Shown here: in pieces, positions 38,632 to 46,838 of the stretch
Position numbering within the stretch: the stretch's first letter is position 1
Layout: each line of letters opens with the position of its first letter
Made by a program: the position numbers and the translations under genes
Notes under the pieces: model-generated
Told to the model about the DNA's origin: nothing
The model's input: only the letters and a program-made list of their open reading frames with translations
The model's database searches: none
Assembly (NCBI GenBank): GCA_964372025.1
Contig: CAYJPF010000001.1
Location: forward strand, 21,696-85,695
DNA from: an uncultured Peptococcaceae bacterium
GTDB taxonomy: Bacteria; Bacillota; Dehalobacteriia; UBA4068
Length of the DNA: 64,000 nt
Reading direction: 5' to 3'

Positions 38632-39296
38632 TGATAATACATAAGGATATATTTAATTTTTATATTTTAAAACAATTAGACTTTTATATGAAAGGTCATA
38701 AAGGATTTATAGCTGGTGGGTGTTTCAAAAATATATTTAATGGTGAGAAAATCAAAGATATAGATATATTTTTCCAAAATGAAAAGGATTGGTTTGATGC
38801 AATTTGTTATTATGACTCTATGACAAAAGGATATAACAGAGATGACAAGAGAGATGAAATATATCGTTTTTACTATGAAAATGAAAGAGTAAAGGCATAT
38901 AAAAACTTGCAAAATGGAATCGTTGTTGAATTATGTAATTCAGTTTATGGAAAGCCAGCAGATGTCATTTCTAACTTTGATTTCACTATATGTAAATTTG
39001 CATATTATAAAAATATTGAAATAGTAGAAGATGAATTTGAAGAAGGAGAATTTAGAGAAAGCATAGTTTATAAAGTATGTATGAACAATAATTTCTTTGA
39101 ACATCTTCATTTAAAAAGGTTGGTTGTGGACGATCAATTATTGTTTCCTGATTCAACTTTTGAAAGAATGATAAGATACATAGGATATGGATTTAAGCCT
39201 TGTAGGGAAACTAAAATGAAAATGATGTTGGGAATAAATAATATGAATGAGGAAGATATTAGGGTTGGCAAAGGACTTTATGTTGGATTAGATTAA
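38631..39296 (+). CDS. nucleotidyltransferase-fold protein (minimal pol-beta-like NTase)
   Basis: IAGGCFKNIFNGEKIKDIDIFF fits the hG[GS]x9-13Dh[DE]h NTase signature. Start set at the TAATG overlap with the upstream gene. Confidence 0.4.
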   Translation: MIIHKDIFNFYILKQLDFYMKGHKGFIAGGCFKNIFNGEKIKDIDIFFQNEKDWFDAICYYDSMTKGYNRDDKRDEIYRFYYENERVKAYKNLQNGIVVELCNSVYGKPADVISNFDFTICKFAYYKNIEIVEDEFEEGEFRESIVYKVCMNNNFFEHLHLKRLVVDDQLLFPDSTFERMIRYIGYGFKPCRETKMKMMLGINNMNEEDIRVGKGLYVGLD

Positions 39297-39314
39297 GAGA
39301 TTTGGAGGAATAGA

Positions 39315-40040
39315 ATGAGAGAGATATTATTTAAAGGAAAGACAATTGATGATAAAAAATGGGTTTATGGCGTTTATTACCATCAAACAGAATTCTATAA
39401 TGATCCTTCAGACGTGCATTGTATCATATATAAAGGGACTCTCGAATATTTAGAATGTGGATATGAAAGAGTAATACCTGAGACAGTAGGGCAATATACG
39501 GGATTTGATGATATAAATGGAGTTAAAATTTTTGAAGGAGATATTATCAAATATACAAAAGATTATTATCCTTGCTATTGTGGAAAGGCGAAACCTCAAG
39601 TAGTAGTTGCTCCTATAGTTTATGAGCATAGTACCTTTTATACAGGATGGTTTGAAGTGAAAAGCGGTCATCGAAAAGGAAAGAAGCAACGTATGTTATT
39701 GTGTCATTCTTATGAAAACTTTGAAGTTATAGGAAATGTGTGGGACAATCCAGAGCTATTAGAAGAGGGGAATATAAGTGAATTTACAAATACATCAAAG
39801 ATACCCTTTGAGAAATTTCATAAAGAATTAGTCTCATATTTTAAAAGTATAAATGGAGATCCTGATCCCAAAGGTGTTTGTTGGTGTGCGTATTGTGAAT
39901 ACTGTTTGTTTAATAAATATTGTTATAGTGGAGAAGATGCAGTATGGCTTCAAGGCAAGAGCAGTGAGGAGTTTTATAAGAACGAGGAAGTATATAGATT
40001 ATTTAAAAGGCATTTAGAACAGGAAGGCAGGGACGGATGA
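39315..40040 (+). CDS. YopX-family protein
   Basis: N-terminal MREILFKGKTIDDKKWVYG and C-terminal GNVWDNPELLE are characteristic of YopX (PF09643). Confidence 0.55.
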   Translation: MREILFKGKTIDDKKWVYGVYYHQTEFYNDPSDVHCIIYKGTLEYLECGYERVIPETVGQYTGFDDINGVKIFEGDIIKYTKDYYPCYCGKAKPQVVVAPIVYEHSTFYTGWFEVKSGHRKGKKQRMLLCHSYENFEVIGNVWDNPELLEEGNISEFTNTSKIPFEKFHKELVSYFKSINGDPDPKGVCWCAYCEYCLFNKYCYSGEDAVWLQGKSSEEFYKNEEVYRLFKRHLEQEGRDG

Positions 40041-40447
40041 AAGATGAAATTTTAAAAGCAATTGAAATATGCGACAGTATGATTGCTTTTGTCAATATGG
40101 CAGATGAGACTGATGATAGTGTTATAATGTCTAAATCAGATAGAATAAGATTTTTTGCATTATCAAAAGGTGCTCTTTATGAGAAGCTGGAGAGAATTGA
40201 GAATAAGCCTTTGACAATTGATGAATTAAGAGAAATGATTGAAATGCCAGTATATATAAAATTTTTTAATAGCATGTATAAAGAGAGTTTTTGCACCATA
40301 ATCAAAAGAATAAGTGAGAAATTTATTTACTTTGACGATGGAGGCAAATGCGAGCTTTGTGATATCTATACAGAAGCACAAGAAAATCAAGGCGACGTTA
40401 TTTTTTACAAATATAAGCCAATAGAGGAGATAGATTATGATAACTAG
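40037..40447 (+). CDS. hypothetical protein
   Basis: 136-aa ORF. Confidence 0.4.
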   Translation: MKDEILKAIEICDSMIAFVNMADETDDSVIMSKSDRIRFFALSKGALYEKLERIENKPLTIDELREMIEMPVYIKFFNSMYKESFCTIIKRISEKFIYFDDGGKCELCDIYTEAQENQGDVIFYKYKPIEEIDYDN

Positions 40448-40724
40448 AGAAGAAGTAAATAATATTTATAAAGACAATAGAAAGATAAAGAAGATTGAAG
40501 AAAAATTAGAAAAATGGATTGTCAAAGCATCAACAGAGGGCTATGATGGATGTGTATTGAAATTTCAATCAAAAGATGAGTGTTATCAATACGAAAGAAT
40601 TGCTAAACTTCACGATTTTGAAACTTCAGTAAAGAGAATTGATAAAGCTTCTGAACAGTTAGATATACTTAAAGTTAGGGACGATGAATTTTATGCAGTA
40701 TATGAATTGAAAATTGGGTGGTGA
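40437..40724 (+). CDS. hypothetical protein
   Basis: 95-aa ORF. Confidence 0.35.
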   Translation: MITREEVNNIYKDNRKIKKIEEKLEKWIVKASTEGYDGCVLKFQSKDECYQYERIAKLHDFETSVKRIDKASEQLDILKVRDDEFYAVYELKIGW

Positions 40725-41305
40725 TAGATAAATGAATGAAATGATATATAAATCAAGTTCAATGAAAGAGATATTTTCATATGAAAATAGTCCAATAATT
40801 AAAAGTATGCAATTTTTAATTATTGAAAAATGTCTTACTCAATGTTTAACTAAAGGAGTGGAAAGTGATGATAAGTAGAAGCGAAAAAGGAAATTTAAGA
40901 ATTAGTAAATTAGAAATGATGGGGGTTTTTGAAGAATTATTTGAAGCTTGCAATAGCGAAGAAGAAACAGAGTTTCTTAGAAATGAATTAATTGGTTACA
41001 TCGAATTAGCAGAAGAAGAACGAAATGAAGAATTGTTTTAATTATTGAGGGGTAGGGCAGATGAGGGGGCAGGGATTTGTAAAGGTGGGGGTGGTTCTGA
41101 GCTTGGTAGTCTGTGGGATTACCCACTAACCCCTCCCAGAAAAACCAAAAATTACCATAAATGGAAACTACCCCCTATCTTTACAAAATTATACATACCA
41201 TCCATTTTCTCCCATTACTACCATTTATTTTTCCAATAACCACCGCCTATATTGTATACTTTATACAATAGCCTTTAAAAGGCTCTAAAACCCATTTTAA
41301 GCGAT

Positions 41306-41339
41306 TAAAATAAAAAATGGTACTCAACTATTATTAAGT
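41306..41339. terminator. stem-loop between convergent transcription units (candidate bidirectional terminator)
   Basis: AAAATGGTAC - 14 nt - GTACCATTTT, a perfect 10-bp inverted repeat. A second perfect 22-bp palindrome ATTATGCCTTATAAGGCATAAT lies at 41366-41387. Confidence 0.4.
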
Positions 41340-41371
41340 ACCATTTTATCCTTATATCCTCAAATTATGCC

Positions 41372-41980
41372 TTATAAGGCATAATCTAAGATATATATAT
41401 TGTTGTTCCATACTCCGACGTTACTCGAATTGTCGAGGACGTCACGTATTCTATATTTAAGTATTAACTTTTCAATACTCGAGTAATTATATTGTTGTCC
41501 TATATAATTAAGGCAGTCGCTTAAGTTACCGACATATTCGCAATATGGCTCTAAGCTTGCTACTAGCCTATCCCAACTTTTTAAAGTTGGTAATAAATAT
41601 TGCCCGATATCAGAGTCTTTTAAGCTCTCATATCTCTTAACTTGACTCATAAGTTGCGGTAGCTCTGTATCATATTCTACCTTTAGGCAGTATTTAAAGC
41701 CATTCAAATTGAATATGATAGCTATTTTACTATAGCCACAACTTATTTTCTCAATAAGCCCATATTGAGTTTTCATATCTGAAAACTCACTTTGATTATA
41801 TCTGATAATAGTAACTGCTTTTTTAACGCTCTCACGAGTGTTAAAACGGTCGTTTTTATCAAAATCTTTTATATAATCGGTTTTACTGATTATTTCCTTT
41901 AGTATATTTGATATACTAAAATTACTGTTTACGGGACTCCCTTTAGTCCCTATTATTGTAGTCGACTTATGTAGTTTCAT
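41372..41980 (-). CDS. hypothetical protein (CpG-rich moron; weak kinase-like C-terminal motif)
   Basis: 202-aa ORF with RBS AGGAGGT. Its CpG content is unusually high for this genome. The C-terminal RDVLDNSSNVGVWNNNIYILDYA loosely recalls a kinase catalytic loop plus DFG. Confidence 0.4.
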   Translation of the reverse strand: MKLHKSTTIIGTKGSPVNSNFSISNILKEIISKTDYIKDFDKNDRFNTRESVKKAVTIIRYNQSEFSDMKTQYGLIEKISCGYSKIAIIFNLNGFKYCLKVEYDTELPQLMSQVKRYESLKDSDIGQYLLPTLKSWDRLVASLEPYCEYVGNLSDCLNYIGQQYNYSSIEKLILKYRIRDVLDNSSNVGVWNNNIYILDYAL

Positions 41981-42615
41981 TTTGTTTACCTCCTAAACGT
42001 TCAAATTTGAACGTTTTTATTCTTTTAACTCCTTAAAACGTTGCAATTTCAACGTTTCTAACTTATATTTAATATTATAATTGAAATAAATATAAATTGC
42101 AATACCTTTTTAAATTTTTTTTAGTAAAATTTACTTTTTTTTTATAGCTCTAAAAACACTACTAGAAAACACTACTAGAAAACACATTTTAAAACACTCT
42201 AAAAACATACTCTCATACTAGCATTAAATACATTAAATTCAATGCTTAGAGCTTAAAGCAGAGAGTTTTAAAATGTGATTAAAATTATCTCTGTATTGTA
42301 AGTGTAACAATAGTTTTTACTAGTAATAAAAACACTGTATGCATATATACAGATATACAGAGAAAAATCCAGCAAAGTTGTATACACTATTCTAAATATT
42401 CTGACAATTCAAAATATTCTGAAAATTTCGAAAAATCAGACATCTCAATTTGGTAAAATTTACCAATTCTACCAATATTTCCCATATATAACATAATATC
42501 CCTATATTCCCAATATTTTCCATGCACCACATATTCTACCATATATTCCATATATTGCCAATTGACCAGATCTGGTAAAATTTACCAATTCTCAATAATA
42601 AAAAAAATAAGATTT

Positions 42616-42897
42616 TTACACCTTATTTTTACTAATTACTAAATTATAGTAACTATCTTCAGCAGGAATCCATAATTCCTTGCTATCATTTATGAAGGCT
42701 CTAACGTCCTTCTCTTTTATACTATAGCAACTCATATCGCTATAACTAGCATCATCAGATACTATATTTACAAGCTCTAAAGCCTTTTCAAGTTCTTTAA
42801 AGCCTACTTGATAGCTGTCATCTTCAGCTATCATATTTAGTTTTACATTAAATATATTATCTAATATATTTAATTGTAATTGTAATTTTAAATCCAT
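42616..42897 (-). CDS. hypothetical protein
   Basis: 93-aa ORF whose start overlaps the upstream stop. Confidence 0.35.
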   Translation of the reverse strand: MDLKLQLQLNILDNIFNVKLNMIAEDDSYQVGFKELEKALELVNIVSDDASYSDMSCYSIKEKDVRAFINDSKELWIPAEDSYYNLVISKNKV

Positions 42898-43337
42898 TAT
42901 AACACCTCTTGAGGGTAGTACCCTCCATTATCCCTATTAAAATGATATAGCGTTATTGTTATACCATTTTTTCTAGTAGCATTTAATACTGCTACTAATG
43001 CCACAGTTAACCCTGTGACATACAGGTTTATATGGGCATTCCCATATTTCGACAAGCTTTCTTCAGCTTGCTCTTGCAAACCCTTTGTATCCAAAGGATT
43101 TACATTTTGAGGGAATAAATATTCGCTTATTCCCTCTATTTCATGTCGACTCTCACATAAGCCGACATTTACTTCCTCTACTACTGGAGGAACTGGAGAC
43201 ATATCTCCAATTTCCAACCAATAGTTACAATAATCAGCTAGATGGCAATTCCAACAATTGCCATTTGCAGAAGTCTGTTGACCTCTACAGAAATTATTGT
43301 TATTGTTATTGTTATTGTTATTGTTATTGTTTCTCAT
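42897..43337 (-). CDS. hypothetical protein with N-terminal poly-Asn tract
   Basis: RBS ACGGAGG. (ATTGTT)x7 at 43293-43334 encodes N13. A 5'UTR hairpin abuts the SD. Confidence 0.45.
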   Translation of the reverse strand: MRNNNNNNNNNNNNNFCRGQQTSANGNCWNCHLADYCNYWLEIGDMSPVPPVVEEVNVGLCESRHEIEGISEYLFPQNVNPLDTKGLQEQAEESLSKYGNAHINLYVTGLTVALVAVLNATRKNGITITLYHFNRDNGGYYPQEVL

Positions 43338-43676
43338 TTTTCTACCTCCGTATGTTGGAACATTGCAATTCCAACGTTTTTAATTTTAACTTGTATATAG
43401 AATATCACGATTAAAAACATAAGTCAATAGCTTTTTTAAAATTTTTTAATTTATTTTAAAAATATCTTTTATATCCTCCGCATCCTCCGCATTTTATGTA
43501 AAATTTACTAAAATTTTACATAAAATAAAAACATATCCTTATGGTAAAATTTACCATATCACACCATCCTCCGCATCAAAGATAGCTTTGGTAAATTTTA
43601 CCATAAGGAGTAAAATTTACCAATTAAATAATTTTTGGTAAAATTTACCAATTCTACCAAAAATAAATTTTCTGAA

Positions 43677-43829
43677 AATTCAGAATTGTCAGAATATTTG
43701 AAAAATTCAGAATATTTCAATATTTCAGAATCGTTGCAATATTCAGAATATTCAGAATACACAAAGTTTACAGAAAATTCAGAATTGTCTGATAATTCAC
43801 AATATTCACAATATTCACAATATTCAGTT
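43677..43829. repeat. tandem array of 17 x 9-bp repeats (consensus NATTCAGAA)
   Basis: Perfect 9-bp register across 153 bp, immediately followed by two copies of the palindrome TGTTTCACGTGAAACA (43834, 43871). Confidence 0.8.
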
Positions 43830-43981
43830 ATAATGTTTCACGTGAAACACTCCTATAATATTTTAAAAAATGTTTCACGTGAAACACTGTGTAATGGTAA
43901 AATTTACCATTATAATCCTATATGTCAACATCTACCATATTTACTAAATTTTACCATATTTAACATAAAAAAGAAAAAGAG

Positions 43982-44176
43982 CTATATAGCTCTTAATCTT
44001 TTCATAATAGGTTTATGATAATTTGATTTATACCATAATCCCATTCTTAGAGCCTCTGCAAGCTCTGCATTGCCATAACAATGCCACTCTGTTAAGGCTT
44101 GACTAGCACTTGCTAGCCATAAGAGCTTTTTATTGAAGCTCTTTTTATTTAATTTTATTGTATTTTTTCTTCTCAT
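43982..44176 (-). CDS. hypothetical protein
   Basis: 64-aa ORF with RBS AGGAGGATG, third gene of a small operon. Terminator hairpin AGAGCTATATAGCTCT follows. Confidence 0.4.
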   Translation of the reverse strand: MRRKNTIKLNKKSFNKKLLWLASASQALTEWHCYGNAELAEALRMGLWYKSNYHKPIMKRLRAI

Positions 44177-44188
44177 TTTTTCATCCTC

Positions 44189-44422
44189 CTATTGTACTCT
44201 TATTATCTCATTTAAATTTATTTTTCTACCATGTGATATAAAGTATATATCACCATTGCTTTTATATCTGAGCTCAGCTCTTGCTTTCCTTGATACTGTA
44301 TCTCCTGAAACATATTGATATGTAATATAATTATCATCTATATCAATAACTCCAAGCCCTCCAGTATTGCTTAAATGCATCGTCCCTATATAATTATATT
44401 TTTTATACTTTATTGTTTTCAT
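44189..44422 (-). CDS. hypothetical protein
   Basis: 77-aa ORF with RBS TAGGAGGTA. Confidence 0.45.
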   Translation of the reverse strand: MKTIKYKKYNYIGTMHLSNTGGLGVIDIDDNYITYQYVSGDTVSRKARAELRYKSNGDIYFISHGRKINLNEIIRVQ

Positions 44423-44433
44423 CTTTATACCTC

Positions 44434-44562
44434 CTAATATATAGTAAACATTTTACACGTTTTACTATTCTCATAAAGCTTTATACATAAAGCTTCACAT
44501 ATGAAATTACCTTCTCTTGTCTCTGTGCAATAAGCACAGTCTAAACAACCTATACTATACAT
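44434..44562 (-). CDS. Cys-rich 42-aa peptide (not in the ORF track)
   Basis: MYSIGCLDCAYCTETREGNFICEALCIKLYENSKTCKMFTIY with RBS GGAGAGGT. It is preceded by a TTGCAA-17-TATAAT promoter and a TTGCGAGGGTCGCAA hairpin/operator in the leader. Confidence 0.35.
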   Translation of the reverse strand: MYSIGCLDCAYCTETREGNFICEALCIKLYENSKTCKMFTIY

Positions 44563-44900
44563 TCTTACCTCTCCTATCTGTTGCGACCCTCGCAACCCTT
44601 GAAATACTAACGTTTTATTTAACGTCTTGACTTATTATAGCATATCTAAAATAGCATTGCAAGCTTTTTTTAAAAAATTTTTAAACTTTTTTAAATTTAT
44701 TTTTTATACCACGATTTATATTATATATCAGAATTTTCTGAAAATTCAAAACATTTGCACAACTTCCAATCCATACACTTGGTAAAATTTACCAATCCTC
44801 CGCATCCTCCGCCATAAATGCTTTATGGTAAAATTTACTATTTAAACCATATATTTTAAAATAAATAAATATGGTAAATTTTACCATAAAGCATTTTTTG

Positions 44901-44999
44901 TTTTCAGAAATTTCAGAATTGTCAGAAAATTCAGAATTTACAAAAATTTCAGAATTGTTAGAATTGTCAGAATATTTAAAAAATTCAGAATATTCTTAC
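44901..44999. repeat. tandem array of 11 x 9-bp repeats (NTTTCAGAA family)
   Basis: Same repeat family and register as the 43.7-kb array. It ends in TGTTTCACGTGAAACA at 45004. Confidence 0.75.
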
Positions 45000-45117
45000 T
45001 ATATGTTTCACGTGAAACACCCTTATATTCTCACACTCTCGCATTGCCTACCTATGGTAAAATTTACCATAAAAATTTCATAAAAAAGAGATGGCAATTT
45101 TTACCATCTCTTATATT

Positions 45118-45251
45118 TCTTATATCATTGATTCACATATGCTTCCAATAATTGGTATTCCAAATAATACCATAAATGTTAGAAATGTCGCCATCCCTCC
45201 GTCCATTTCAGATTTCTTATTACTTCTTTTATATCTTATTGGTTTGCTCAT
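45118..45251 (-). CDS. hypothetical small membrane protein (not in the ORF track)
   Basis: About 43-aa ORF with strong RBS AAGGAGGTGG and a TAATG coupling to the upstream gene. One TM helix (FLTFMVLFGIPIIG). Confidence 0.35.
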
Positions 45252-45421
45252 TATTTCCACCTCCTTAAAGCTTCTTCTCTATCTAATTCGCTCATGATGA
45301 GTTCCTCTTCAGTTATCATCATGTTTTTTAAAACTTGTTTTCTCTCTCTGTCTAGCTCTCTGAACCTCTTTTTTAAATCGCTCTCACTCCATTTTTTAGT
45401 TTTTTTAATTTCTTTACTCAT
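45251..45421 (-). CDS. hypothetical small basic coiled-coil protein
   Basis: Start reassigned to MSKEIKKTKK (RBS AGAGAGGTAAA). The 5'UTR carries the hairpin GTTGAGATATTCGAATCTCAAC. Confidence 0.4.
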   Translation of the reverse strand: MSKEIKKTKKWSESDLKKRFRELDRERKQVLKNMMITEEELIMSELDREEALRRWK

Positions 45422-45718
45422 TTTTTTACCTCTCTTTTTTCTGTTGAGATATTCGAATCTCAACGTTTCTTTGTTTTAACCTACCTATATATTATCACAC
45501 CTTTATATATATGTCAACACTTTTTTTAAATTTATTTTTTATTTTTTTAATGTTGTAAAATTCTAAATTTTCTGAAAATTTAGAAAATTCGATCAACTCC
45601 AATCGCTCTACTTGGTAAAATTTACCATAACTTGCATCTCTGATATTTAGGTAAAATTTACCAATACCATTCCAATAAAAAATGGGAATATTTTACAATT
45701 CCCATTTTATACCATATT

Positions 45719-46288
45719 TTACAGATTTACATAATCATATATATTTTTTATTAAATCACTTCCAAATATTCCCATACATTTTTCATGTGTTTTTTTCATA
45801 TCTTGGTAAGCTCCTATTCCTCTCTTATATTGCTTTACATTTTCAGTATATCCAAATTCCTCAATAAACATATCTTCGTTATTATATTCTATAATGTTTG
45901 AGTCTGTCAATATGCACCATATGCAATCAAATAATAGTTTAATTCTATCAAATTTAAGGTCTCTTTTATTGTCTCTTACGTTTATTCCACTACCTGTATT
46001 ATATTTAAATTCATGTCCATTTATAATAAATAAATGTCTATTATGTCCCCATTTTTCGCCATTCTCATCATTATCAAAGTAGCCTATATTAATATATTTA
46101 ATTGTATCTAACTTAGAAAATATCTCATAAAATTTCTTTTCACTATCTATATAATCTTTATAATATTCGTATAAATTTACTATACATTCTCTAGCTTCAT
46201 CTTGAAGCTCTTCGCACCAGTTAGCAAAATCACTTTTTCTGTTCCATTCCCAATTTTTCATAGTGTTCTCATAAGTTTCAATTCTCAT
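45719..46288 (-). CDS. hypothetical protein
   Basis: 189-aa ORF with the cassette promoter TTGACA-17-TATTCT, leader AAGTTAAAGTTAA, a 5'UTR hairpin and RBS AGAGAGGT. Confidence 0.45.
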   Translation of the reverse strand: MRIETYENTMKNWEWNRKSDFANWCEELQDEARECIVNLYEYYKDYIDSEKKFYEIFSKLDTIKYINIGYFDNDENGEKWGHNRHLFIINGHEFKYNTGSGINVRDNKRDLKFDRIKLLFDCIWCILTDSNIIEYNNEDMFIEEFGYTENVKQYKRGIGAYQDMKKTHEKCMGIFGSDLIKNIYDYVNL

Positions 46289-46551
46289 TTTTTACCTCTC
46301 TTCTGTGCAAACTCTGTGTTTGCAACGTTTTAACTTTAACTTGTATATAGAATATCATATCTTGACCCATATGTCAATACTTTTTTTAATGTTGTAAAAT
46401 TCTAAATTTTCTGAAAATTCAGAAAATTCGATCAATTAAAAAATATAAATATGGTAAAATTTACCAATCCTCCGCACCCTCCGCCATATGGTAAAATTTA
46501 CTAAAAAAGGAAATATATATAATTGGTAAATTTTACCATATGGCGGAGGAA

Positions 46552-46803
46552 ATTGTCTGAATTGTCAAACAATTCAGAACTGTCGAAATTTTCAGAATCT
46601 TTTGAATTGTCAGACAATTCAAAATTGTCAGAATATTTCCAATATTCTCAATTATTATAATTGACTGAATTTTCAGACAATTCAGAATATTCCCAATATT
46701 CTTAATTGCCCATATACACCAAATATTCTGAATATTCTTAATTGACCGACTTTTCTGAATTGTCAGAATATTTGCAATATTTTTAATTATTATAATATTC
46801 TTA
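46552..46803. repeat. tandem array of 28 x 9-bp repeats (consensus ATTNTCAGA)
   Basis: 252 bp in perfect 9-bp register, ending in TGTTTCACGTGAAACA at 46809. Confidence 0.8.
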
Positions 46804-46838
46804 CTATATGTTTCACGTGAAACAAAATATTGCAAGTG

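Noticed and set aside
41045-41239. 64-aa ORF MRGRADEGAGICKGGGGSELG...
   Set aside because: It is a translation of the G-run island with no RBS. It lies after the last plus-strand gene and before the convergent terminators.
43635-44018. Plus-strand ORF (127 aa) translating to SEYSEY/NSELSE repeats. Similar ORFs occur at 44871-45083 and 46533-46835.
   Set aside because: These are reading-frame artefacts of the 9-bp NATTCAGAA arrays. They have no RBS and no start context, and lie in a minus-strand transcription block.
45091-45297. Plus-strand 68-aa hydrophobic ORF
   Set aside because: The opposite strand carries a better-supported small gene (strong RBS AAGGAGGTGG, TAATG coupling to the upstream minus gene). 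The plus ORF is its antisense shadow.
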